Below, one piece after another: positions 1 to 7,343 of a stretch of DNA of 32,000 nt. The position numbers were made by a program, and so were the translations under genes. Below the pieces are notes generated by a model. The model saw only the letters and a program-made list of their open reading frames with translations. It searched no databases and was not told the DNA's origin. The stretch lies in NCBI RefSeq assembly GCF_000734015.1, contig NZ_CP008796.1, positions 1,590,001 through 1,622,000 of the forward strand, given 5' to 3'. How positions within the stretch are numbered: the stretch's first letter is position 1; the number at the start of each line of letters is the position of its first letter. The DNA comes from Thermodesulfobacterium commune DSM 2178 (GTDB lineage: Bacteria; Desulfobacterota; Thermodesulfobacteria; Thermodesulfobacteriales; Thermodesulfobacteriaceae).

Positions 1-666
1 TACCATAACCCTCTTAACTCCCCTCTTTATCAAATCATTAAGTATCTGGAGCCAGTCCTCCTTCGTCTCTGAACCAAAATAAATGTAATAAGAAAGTAAA
101 TTTTTTCTTCCCTCCATATCTATCCCGATGATATTATAAATAACTGCTTTTCTGATTCTGTTGGCTTCGGTATCTTTTATCTGAGTATGATAAGCGTCTA
201 TAAACATAGCAAACAAATTTTCTGGCAATTCTTTGGTTTTTAATTCTTTGGCTTGGTTATACAATTCTTCTTTAATTTCTTCTATTTGTTCTGGGGAGTA
301 GGGGAGTTTCATAGATTGCAAGAGGGCTTTGATTTTATTGGGGGAGTAGCTTTGGAGAACGAGGTTAAGGATAAAGTCCTGGAAGGATTCATCAGCTTTT
401 TGCCATTCAGGAGGAAGAATAGCAGGTCTGAATTCAGATTTTCTATCTCTTGGGACAGAGATACCAAGGTTACCTAAGAAACAGGCAAGTTGTCTTTCAT
501 AGTAACCATTAGCTTTATTATCAATACTATCTCTAAGGAATATTTCTCTTTCTTTTTTCATGAGAGCGTTTAAGAGGAGTGCAGCAGCCATTTTGATACC
601 CTCTTTTGATTCAATTTTTGAGATTTCACTTAAAACTTTTTCTAAATCTAAGTCTAAGTTTTCCAT
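1..666 (-). CDS. IS256-family (Mutator-type) transposase, N-terminal ~222 codons; ORF runs off the left edge of the window
   Basis: Absent from the ORF track because it is open at the edge. My minus-strand translation starts at the ATG (complement of 664-666), with AGGAGG 8 nt upstream. It reads MENLDLDLEKVLSEISK...NGYYERQLACFLGNLGISVPRDRKSEFRPAILP...FAMFIDAYHTQIKD...VIYNIIGIDMEGRKNLLSYYIYFGSETKEDWLQILNDLIKRGVKRVMV. These blocks match IS256 transposase as I remember it (NGYYER..G.L.L.VPR.R.G.F; the first catalytic-D block; GI...G.reiiG...gEs...W......LkeRGl). Confidence 0.85.
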   Translation of the reverse strand, partial: MENLDLDLEKVLSEISKIESKEGIKMAAALLLNALMKKEREIFLRDSIDNKANGYYERQLACFLGNLGISVPRDRKSEFRPAILPPEWQKADESFQDFILNLVLQSYSPNKIKALLQSMKLPYSPEQIEEIKEELYNQAKELKTKELPENLFAMFIDAYHTQIKDTEANRIRKAVIYNIIGIDMEGRKNLLSYYIYFGSETKEDWLQILNDLIKRGVKRVMV

Positions 667-791
667 TTTACAGACCTCCTGGTTAGTTTAGTCTTTTAGG
701 TTTTATGTTATCATTAATTTAAAAAATATTAAAAATTTTTATTATGCCTCTAAAATATTTTATTAAAAGACACAATTTATATTCTACTCCC
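1..791 (-). mobile_element. Partial IS256-family insertion sequence (one terminus only; outer boundary approximate, about 780-795)
   Basis: The transposase starts at 666 and reads leftward. About 125 bp of AT-rich non-coding sequence (667-790) separate it from the point where hydrogenase-like coding sequence begins. The minus-strand sequence near the end (GGGAGTAGAATATAAATTGTGTC, complement of 769-791) shares an AATTGTGT core at the same offset as the IS256 terminal inverted repeat as I recall it. The other end and any target-site duplication lie outside the window. Confidence 0.6.
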
Positions 792-831
792 TCCAAGGGT
801 TCTTTCTACCAGAAAATTAAACCTTGAGCTT

Positions 832-2304
832 ATGCTAAGCGACCATCATTTGGACTGTCCTACCTGTCCTAAAAATGGGGTATGTGAGCTACAAAGTTTA
901 TGTGCTGAACTTACCATAAGAAGTATAAGACCCAAAGGGGAGAGAAAGACTTATGAGATAGACTGTTCTTCTCCTTCGATCGTTAGAAATCCTAACAAGT
1001 GTATTGTCTGTCAGAGATGTATCACCGCTTGTAAGGTTTTACAGACGGTTGATGTGTTAGAGCTTTATGGGAATGGGTTTGAGGCCATAGTAAGGCCGGT
1101 GGGTGGCAAGTCTCTCATAGAGACTAAGTGTGTTGCCTGTGGACAGTGTGCTTTGGTGTGTCCTACCGCGGCTATCGTAGAAAAAGACGACACGTCTCTT
1201 GTTTGGGAGGCTTTAAGTGATCCTAAAAAGCATGTGGTTGTTCAGACAGCACCTGCTACCCATGTAACCATAGGTGAGGCCTTTGGGTTACCTCGAGGTA
1301 CAGATATTACTGGAAAAATGGTTACAGCCTTGAAAATGCTTGGGTTTGATGCGGTTTTTGATACTAACTGGTCGGCAGATCTTACCATCATGGAAGAGGC
1401 GTATGAGTTGATCCACAGGATTAAAAACAACGGGGTCCTTCCTCAGTTTACCTCCTGTTCTCCTGCATGGATTAAGTTTGTTGAGGAGTTTTACCCAGAC
1501 CTAATACCTCATCTTTCAACCTGCAAGTCTCCTCAACAGATGTTTGGAGCTGTAGCCAAAACCTATTATGCAGAAAAGAAGGGTATCAATCCTGAAGACA
1601 TTTTTGTGGTTTCAATCATGCCTTGTACTGCAAAGAAATATGAAGCTGCTCGTCCTGAAATGGTTTCTGCCCAAAAGTACTGGAATAACCCTAATATCAC
1701 AAGAGATGTAGATGTGGTGTTAACCTCAAGAGAACTTATCAGGATGATCAGAGAGTCTGGGATAGACTTTGCCAATCTACCAGATAGTCCTTATGACCCT
1801 ATTATGGGTGAGGGTACAGGAGCCGCTCAGATTTTTGGGGCAACCGGGGGAGTTATGGAGGCAGCCTTAAGAACTGCTTATGAGGTGGTCACAGGAAAGA
1901 CTTTACCAAGACTTGATTTTGAAGAAGTAAGAGGGATGAAGGATATTAAAGAAGCGGCTGTAGAGATGAACGGGGTAACCATAAAGGTATTGGTAGCCCA
2001 TTCCTTAGGGGCTGCAAGAAAGTTGATGGATAAGATAAGAGCCGGAGAATTAAAGGATTACCATTTTATAGAGGTAATGGCTTGCCCTGGTGGATGTATC
2101 GGAGGTGGTGGTCAGCCTATTCCTACCACAGTTGAGGCAAGAGAGGAGCGTATTAAGGGAATATATGAAAGGGATAAAAAGTTACCTATAAGAAAAAGCC
2201 ATGAAAACCCTGAAATAAAAGCAATTTACCAAGAGTTTTTAAAGGAACCTCTTGGAGAAAAATCTCATAAGCTTCTCCATACCCATTACACTCCAAGGAG
2301 ATAA
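832..2304 (+). CDS. hydA: [FeFe] hydrogenase, single-polypeptide form with fused small-subunit-like C-terminus; 5'-truncated (probable pseudogene or N-terminally shortened protein)
   Basis: 490-aa ORF. It has a His-ligated 4Fe-4S motif (HHLDCPTCPKNGVC) and two ferredoxin-type motifs (CIVCQRCITAC, CVACGQCALVCP). H-cluster motifs: L1 FTSCSPAW (variant), L2 MPCTAKKYEA, L3 EVMACPGGCIGGGGQP. The C-terminal KSHENPEIKAIYQEFLKEPLG..KLLHTHY corresponds to the separate small subunit of Desulfovibrio-type enzymes. The frame is open upstream to 754 with no start codon or SD. The N-terminal 2Fe-2S domain found in CpI/Thermotoga-type enzymes is missing. Confidence 0.85.
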   Translation: MLSDHHLDCPTCPKNGVCELQSLCAELTIRSIRPKGERKTYEIDCSSPSIVRNPNKCIVCQRCITACKVLQTVDVLELYGNGFEAIVRPVGGKSLIETKCVACGQCALVCPTAAIVEKDDTSLVWEALSDPKKHVVVQTAPATHVTIGEAFGLPRGTDITGKMVTALKMLGFDAVFDTNWSADLTIMEEAYELIHRIKNNGVLPQFTSCSPAWIKFVEEFYPDLIPHLSTCKSPQQMFGAVAKTYYAEKKGINPEDIFVVSIMPCTAKKYEAARPEMVSAQKYWNNPNITRDVDVVLTSRELIRMIRESGIDFANLPDSPYDPIMGEGTGAAQIFGATGGVMEAALRTAYEVVTGKTLPRLDFEEVRGMKDIKEAAVEMNGVTIKVLVAHSLGAARKLMDKIRAGELKDYHFIEVMACPGGCIGGGGQPIPTTVEAREERIKGIYERDKKLPIRKSHENPEIKAIYQEFLKEPLGEKSHKLLHTHYTPRR

Positions 2305-2331
2305 AAAATACGTTAGCAGGAGGGAGAAACC

Positions 2332-3708
2332 ATGGTTAGTAAAGTTAGAACTTTCAAATCAGAAAAAGGGTTATCTCAAGATGCAGGTACTTACAGAAGA
2401 GGAGAACTTAGAGGTATCATTCGGATAAACGAAGAAGTTTGTGTAGGATGTGATACTTGTAGAGGAGTTTGTCCTGCTGATGCTATAGAAGGTTCTGTAG
2501 GAGAAAAGCATAAGATCAACTTAGACAAATGTGTGGTATGTGGGCAGTGTTTGATTAACTGTCCTTTTGATGCTGTTGAGCAGATGAGCTTTGTGGAGGA
2601 TGTGTTGCCTAAACTAAAAGACAAACAAACCAAGGTGGTGGCGATAGTGGCTCCTGCGGTAAGGGTAGCTATAGCAGAAGAGTTTGGCGCAAAGCCTGGG
2701 ACCTTAGCCTTAGGGAGACTCTGGGTTGCGCTTAAAAAGGCTGGATTTGAGATTTATGACAACAACTTTGCGGCTGACCAGACTATCTTAGAAGAAGGGA
2801 CAGAACTTTTAGCAAGGATTGCCGCACATGCAGGATTAAAGGAACTACCTGTTTATCTATGGGATAAAAAATTGGTGTTAGAAGTAGAGGAATATAAACA
2901 CAAACCTTTACCACAGTTTACCTCTTGTTGTCCTGCTTGGGTAAGGTATGTAGAGCTTTATTATCCTGATCTTATTCCATACCTTTCAACCTGTAAATCT
3001 CCTCAGCAGATGGCTGGAGCTACGGCTAAGACCTATGGAGCTAAAGATGTGTGGAAAGTTGCGGTAGAAAAGGTTTATACCGTAGGGGTTATGCCATGTA
3101 CAGCTAAGATTTTTGAGGCTTTTAGGCCTGAGTTTAATTCTGCCGGTAAATATCATAAAAATGAGAGTATAAGGGATGTAGACGCGGTACTTACTACCAG
3201 AGATTTGGCAGAAATTTTTAGAAGACTTAACATCGATTTTATGAGCTTGCCAGAGGAAAGGGACCCTAAAAATTTTATGTGGTATTCAGGAGGTGCTACC
3301 ATTTTTGGTGTAAGTGGAGGGGTGATGGAGGCTGCGATAAGGTTTGCTTTTCATGTTCTCTCTGGGAAAGAACCTTCTCCTACTGCTTCAGAATGGGAGT
3401 TTCATGATGTAAGAGGGCTTACTAACCCTGTAGTCAGAGCTACGGTGACCATACCTTTGAGACCTGAATATCAAAAAGTTTTTAATGATAAAGTTATAAG
3501 ACTTAAGGTTTGTGTAGTAAATGGTATTGGCCATAATGGGGCCCATTTAAAGCCAGTGGTTGAAGAAGTGCTTAGAGGAAAAAGCCCTTATCAATTTATA
3601 GAGGTTATGACCTGTCCAGGGGGTTGTATTAATGGAGGAGGGCAGCCCAAACAGGCGATGAGTATAGGGTTTATTCAAAAAATATTTTATAAGCTGGGTA
3701 GGGCTTAA
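2332..3708 (+). CDS. hydA: Periplasmic-type [FeFe] hydrogenase large subunit
   Basis: 458-aa ORF with AGGAGGGAG upstream. It has two ferredoxin-type 4Fe-4S motifs (CVGCDTCRGVCP, CVVCGQCLINCP), L1 FTSCCPAW, L2 MPCTAKIFEA and L3 EVMTCPGGCINGGGQP. The protein ends soon after L3, as the Desulfovibrio HydA large subunit does. It is followed by a Tat-signal small subunit. Confidence 0.92.
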   Translation: MVSKVRTFKSEKGLSQDAGTYRRGELRGIIRINEEVCVGCDTCRGVCPADAIEGSVGEKHKINLDKCVVCGQCLINCPFDAVEQMSFVEDVLPKLKDKQTKVVAIVAPAVRVAIAEEFGAKPGTLALGRLWVALKKAGFEIYDNNFAADQTILEEGTELLARIAAHAGLKELPVYLWDKKLVLEVEEYKHKPLPQFTSCCPAWVRYVELYYPDLIPYLSTCKSPQQMAGATAKTYGAKDVWKVAVEKVYTVGVMPCTAKIFEAFRPEFNSAGKYHKNESIRDVDAVLTTRDLAEIFRRLNIDFMSLPEERDPKNFMWYSGGATIFGVSGGVMEAAIRFAFHVLSGKEPSPTASEWEFHDVRGLTNPVVRATVTIPLRPEYQKVFNDKVIRLKVCVVNGIGHNGAHLKPVVEEVLRGKSPYQFIEVMTCPGGCINGGGQPKQAMSIGFIQKIFYKLGRA

Positions 3709-3741
3709 ACATAAACTAAGTTAGAACACAGGAGGGAAACT

Positions 3742-4068
3742 ATGCAAAAAGTAAACAGAAGAGATTTTATAAAGTTTTTAGGTATAACCTATGTAGCCTT
3801 TACCGTAGGGGTGCCTAAGATAGTTTATTCTCAGGAAAAGGTTAAAGAAAACTTCTTTGAAACCTCTGTAGGTAGAGAAAAGCTTGAGCTTATTAAAGCA
3901 AGACAGTCTGCTCAGTATAAGGACGATAAGATAGTAAGAGAAAAATTTAAAATAGCTGCAAGCCATCAAAATCCGATGATTAAAGAATTTTACACAAAGT
4001 TTGCCCAGCATCCTTTAAGTGGAATAAGCGAAAGACTTTTACATACCTATTATAAGAAAAGAAGATAA
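3742..4068 (+). CDS. hydB: [FeFe] hydrogenase small subunit with twin-arginine (Tat) signal peptide
   Basis: 108-aa ORF with AGGAGGGA upstream. The N-terminus MQKVNRRDFIKFLGITYVAFTVG is a twin-arginine signal. The C-terminal HQNPMIKEFYTKFAQHPLS..RLLHTYY parallels the C-terminus fused onto ORF 832-2304. Confidence 0.88.
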   Translation: MQKVNRRDFIKFLGITYVAFTVGVPKIVYSQEKVKENFFETSVGREKLELIKARQSAQYKDDKIVREKFKIAASHQNPMIKEFYTKFAQHPLSGISERLLHTYYKKRR

Positions 4069-4166
4069 GTCCAATCCCCTGGGGGGTAAAAATTATTTGG
4101 GAGGCCATCTCTGCATACCCTTCCCCTCCCTCCCCCAAGGGGTGTTTTTAAGGAGGTTGAAAAAAC

Positions 4167-5609
4167 TTGTTTAGAAAAGAAATTGATTTTCTGGGAGAAA
4201 AACTTGTTCCACAGGAAGCCTACTATGGTATTCACACCTTAAGGGCCTTAGAAAATTTTCCGCTATCTGAAGAAAGGGTTCATAGAGAGCTTGTCTGGGC
4301 TATAGGTTTGGTTAAAAAAGCCTGTGCCTTTGCTAACAAAGAGCTTGGTTTTTTAGAGGAAAAAAAGGCTTATGCTATTTTAGAGGCCTGTGAAGAACTT
4401 GCTGAGGGAAGGTTTGATGACCAAATTCTAATCCATCCTCTGGCAGGAGGTGCAGGCACCTCCTTTAACATGAACGTTAACGAAGTCATTGCTAATCGTG
4501 CTCTTGAAATTCTGGGTCATCCTAAAGGAAGGTATGAGATCGTGCATCCTATAGAAGACGTAAACCTACATCAGTCAACCAACGATGTTTTCCCAACCTC
4601 AGTGAAGATAGCGGTTTTAAGACTTTTGAAGGAGTTGGCTCAAGAGGTAGCACTTCTTCAAGGAGAGTTTCAGAAAAAGGAAAAAGAGTTTGCCCAAGTC
4701 TTAAAGGTTGGTAGGACTGAGATGCAAGATGCTTGCCCTGTAACTTTAGGGCAAGAATTTGGAGCTTGGGCTGAAGCCTTAAATCGAGACTGGTGGAGGT
4801 TAAATAAAGCCTCAGAAAGGGTAAGACAGGTAAACCTTGGAGGAACAGCTGTAGGTACAGGTCTAAACTGCCCCAACGAATTCGTAGAAATAGCCATAGA
4901 AAAGTTGAGAGAAATTACAGGACTTCCGGTGGCTAAAGCAGAAAACCTCTTTGAGGCTACACAAAATCTGGATGCTCTTTGTGAAGTTTCTGGGTTTTTG
5001 AAAACCTTAGCGGCAAACCTTATTAAAATAGCAGGAGACCTAAGATTTCTTTCTTCTGGACCTAAGGCAGGTATAGGAGAAATTAAACTTCCAGAGTTGC
5101 AGGCTGGTTCCTCTATCATGCCAGGAAAGGTGAACCCGGTTGTTCCTGAGATGGTAATTCAAGTAGGTATAAAGACGATAGCAGCAGACCATGCCATAAC
5201 TTTGGGATGTAGCCTTGGTAATTTAGAGTTAAACCCTTTTTTACCGCTTATCTCTCAAGAACTTATCACAAGCTTAAAGCTTCTTAAAAAAAGTTGTAAT
5301 ATCCTTAGAGAAAAATGTATATCAGGCATAACTGTTAATCAAGAACGATGTAAAGAATTGTTTAACCAAAGTGCTTGTGTGATCACAGCCTTTAGTCCCT
5401 ATTTAGGTTATGAAGTTTGTGCAGAGGTTTATAAAGAGGCTGTGAGTTCAGGTAAAAGGGTAGAAGAGATCTTGTTGGCTCGAGGTTATTTCACTGAAGA
5501 AGAGTTAAGGTTGATACTTGATCCTCAGGAGCTTACTACCCCAGGAATTGCCGGGTTAGAAAAGTTAAAAGAAATAATACAAAAAAGGGGGGATAAAGAA
5601 TGTTTTTAA
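4167..5609 (+). CDS. Aspartate ammonia-lyase / class II fumarase superfamily protein (aspartase-like)
   Basis: 480-aa ORF with a TTG start 9 nt after AAGGAGG. It carries the superfamily signature GSSIMPGKVNPV plus TEMQDACPVTLGQEF and HQSTNDVFPT. Its stop overlaps the hydG start. Confidence 0.85.
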   Translation: MFRKEIDFLGEKLVPQEAYYGIHTLRALENFPLSEERVHRELVWAIGLVKKACAFANKELGFLEEKKAYAILEACEELAEGRFDDQILIHPLAGGAGTSFNMNVNEVIANRALEILGHPKGRYEIVHPIEDVNLHQSTNDVFPTSVKIAVLRLLKELAQEVALLQGEFQKKEKEFAQVLKVGRTEMQDACPVTLGQEFGAWAEALNRDWWRLNKASERVRQVNLGGTAVGTGLNCPNEFVEIAIEKLREITGLPVAKAENLFEATQNLDALCEVSGFLKTLAANLIKIAGDLRFLSSGPKAGIGEIKLPELQAGSSIMPGKVNPVVPEMVIQVGIKTIAADHAITLGCSLGNLELNPFLPLISQELITSLKLLKKSCNILREKCISGITVNQERCKELFNQSACVITAFSPYLGYEVCAEVYKEAVSSGKRVEEILLARGYFTEEELRLILDPQELTTPGIAGLEKLKEIIQKRGDKECF

Positions 5610-7108
5610 ACTTTGAAACGGTAGAGACACAAAGTCTGGCAGATCAGATAATAAAAGAAAATGAAATAGAAAGGTATTTAGAGAAGGGAAGGGACTTTAT
5701 CAACGACGAGGAAATTTGGGAAAAATTAAACAAACATGTTGAGCCAGACCCGGTTAGGGTAAGAGAAATTTTAGCCAAGTCTCTTGCTATCGAGACCCTT
5801 GAACCTGATGAACTGGCGGTTTTGATAAACGTCAAAGACCCGGAACTTTGGGAAGAAATGTTTGCTACGGCAAGAGAGATTAAAAAGAAGGTATACGACA
5901 ACCGGATTGTTACCTTTGCGCCACTTTATTGTGGAAATCTTTGCATCAACAACTGTCTTTATTGTGGTTTTAGAAGAGAAAACAAGGTAATCAAGAGAAG
6001 GGTACTTACCATAGAAGAGGTTAAAAGAGAAGCAGAGGTTTTAGCAGGAGAGATAGGGCATAAAAGGCTGATAGTGGTTTATGGAGAGCATCCTGCTACC
6101 GGGGCTGAATATATTAGAGATACGATAGAGGCTATCTATTCGGTAAAGGTGAAGACCCGAAGGGGATATGGACAGATCAGGAGGGTAAACGTTAACGCTG
6201 CCCCTATGTCTATAGACGAGCTCAAGATGCTTAAGGAAGTAGGCATAGGAACTTATCAGGTGTTTCAAGAGACCTATCATCACGAAACCTATGCCCAAAT
6301 CCATCCCAAAGGAACGGTAAAACATCATTATCAGTGGAGGCTTTATTGTCATCACAGAGCTTTAGAGGCAGGTGTAGATGATGTAGGACTGGGGGTGCTT
6401 TTTGGTCTTTATGACTGGAGGTTTGAGTTGATGGGACTTTTATACCATGCACGAGACCTTGAGAAAAAGTTTGGGATAGGCCCACATACCATTTCCTTTC
6501 CCAGGCTTGAACCTGCGGCTAATACCCCCTTTGTGCAGGAGACAAAATATAAAGTTTCAGACGAGGATTTTAAAAAAGTAATCTGTTTAATCAGGCTGGC
6601 TGTCCCATATACGGGTATGATACTTACCGCAAGAGAACCTGCTCATATAAGAAGAGAAATCTTAGGTTTAGGAATTGTGACCCAAACGGATGCCTCAACC
6701 AAGATAGGAATAGGAGCTTATTCTGATAGGTATACAGAACAAGAGTTAGAAAGACAGCAGTTTCAGATAGGAGATCCTCGGAGTCTTGAAGAAGTAATAA
6801 GGGAACTTGCTGAGATGGGGTATATCACAAGCTTTTGCACTGCAGGTTATCGTTGTGGAAGAACAGGAGAAAGGATAATGGACCTCCTGGTTAAAGGGAA
6901 AGAACGAATCTTTTGTAAGTTAAATGCTGTCCTTACCTTTAAAGAATGGCTTGATGATTTTGCCTCAGAAGAAACTAAGGAGGTAGCCCAAAAGGTTATA
7001 GAAAAAGAGATGGAAGAACTTAAAGGTATGGTTCCTGAAGGGGTTTATCAAAAACTTTTAGAGTATTATCAGAGGATTGAGAATGGAGAGAGAGACCTTT
7101 ATTTCTAA
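5600..7108 (+). CDS. hydG: [FeFe] hydrogenase maturase HydG (radical SAM tyrosine lyase)
   Basis: 502-aa ORF with the radical SAM motif CINNCLYCGFRR after a roughly 110-aa N-terminal region. The ThiH/HydG-like core is followed by a C-terminal Cys region, FCTAGYRCGRTGERIMDL..IFC. It sits in a hydG-X-hydF-hydE context. Confidence 0.88.
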   Translation: MFLNFETVETQSLADQIIKENEIERYLEKGRDFINDEEIWEKLNKHVEPDPVRVREILAKSLAIETLEPDELAVLINVKDPELWEEMFATAREIKKKVYDNRIVTFAPLYCGNLCINNCLYCGFRRENKVIKRRVLTIEEVKREAEVLAGEIGHKRLIVVYGEHPATGAEYIRDTIEAIYSVKVKTRRGYGQIRRVNVNAAPMSIDELKMLKEVGIGTYQVFQETYHHETYAQIHPKGTVKHHYQWRLYCHHRALEAGVDDVGLGVLFGLYDWRFELMGLLYHARDLEKKFGIGPHTISFPRLEPAANTPFVQETKYKVSDEDFKKVICLIRLAVPYTGMILTAREPAHIRREILGLGIVTQTDASTKIGIGAYSDRYTEQELERQQFQIGDPRSLEEVIRELAEMGYITSFCTAGYRCGRTGERIMDLLVKGKERIFCKLNAVLTFKEWLDDFASEETKEVAQKVIEKEMEELKGMVPEGVYQKLLEYYQRIENGERDLYF

Positions 7109-7343
7109 GTTTACAGCCTTAGCTGAAAGGATAAAACAAACTTATGGAGTAAATCTTTGGTTGGTTGAGGTGCTTGGAAAAAGGCATTCTTATGTAGCTG
7201 GCCACAAAGAAGATAGCTTTTTGCCTCCAGAACCTATATACCTTAACGAGAGATTTGCGGTTGTTTCTAACGAGTGGGAGAAAATCCCAGAGGAAGAAAG
7301 AAAACAACTGATAAGTTTTTTAAAAGAGGATCTTTTAAAATGA
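7083..7343 (+). CDS. Small hypothetical protein (86 aa) between hydG and hydF
   Basis: ATG at 7083 lies 6 nt after GAGGA; the track's TTG at 7077 is less likely. The 5' end overlaps the hydG 3' end, and the TGA stop overlaps the hydF ATG (ATGA). I recognise no motif. The call rests on operon position and coupling signals. Confidence 0.55.
   Translation: MERETFISKFTALAERIKQTYGVNLWLVEVLGKRHSYVAGHKEDSFLPPEPIYLNERFAVVSNEWEKIPEEERKQLISFLKEDLLK

Noticed and set aside
253-477. 74-aa plus-strand ORF
   Set aside because: It lies antisense within the clearly homologous IS256-family transposase reading frame. It has no SD and a low-complexity translation.
1242-2633. Minus-strand ORFs 1242-1430, 1566-1775 and 2391-2633 inside the hydrogenase genes
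   Set aside because: They are short antisense ORFs within strongly supported coding regions. The same applies to 3778-4011, 4670-5119, 5644-5901, 6041-6485, 7119-7307, 7967-8377, 10762-10953, 11818-12054, 13912-14577, 15554-16506, 18576-19046, 22638-22901, 25479-25697, 26653-26856, 28114-28680, 29843-30504 and 31020-31461.
832-3708. The two hydrogenase genes as a recent tandem duplication
   Set aside because: They share only the conserved H-domain motifs. The N-terminal cluster domains, an insertion before L1 in the second gene and the C-terminal architecture (fused versus separate small subunit) all differ, so they are old paralogues.
4050-4235. 61-aa minus-strand ORF spanning the hydB/aspartase-like spacer
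   Set aside because: It overlaps the ends of two well-supported plus-strand genes. Its Gly/Arg-rich translation derives from the G/C-run spacer.
7274-7339. N-terminal extension of HydF proposed by the track (MGENPRGRKKTTDKFFKRGSFK)
   Set aside because: It would overlap the small upstream ORF by 70 nt. ATG 7340 gives the usual short lead-in to the P-loop and a classic ATGA stop/start overlap.
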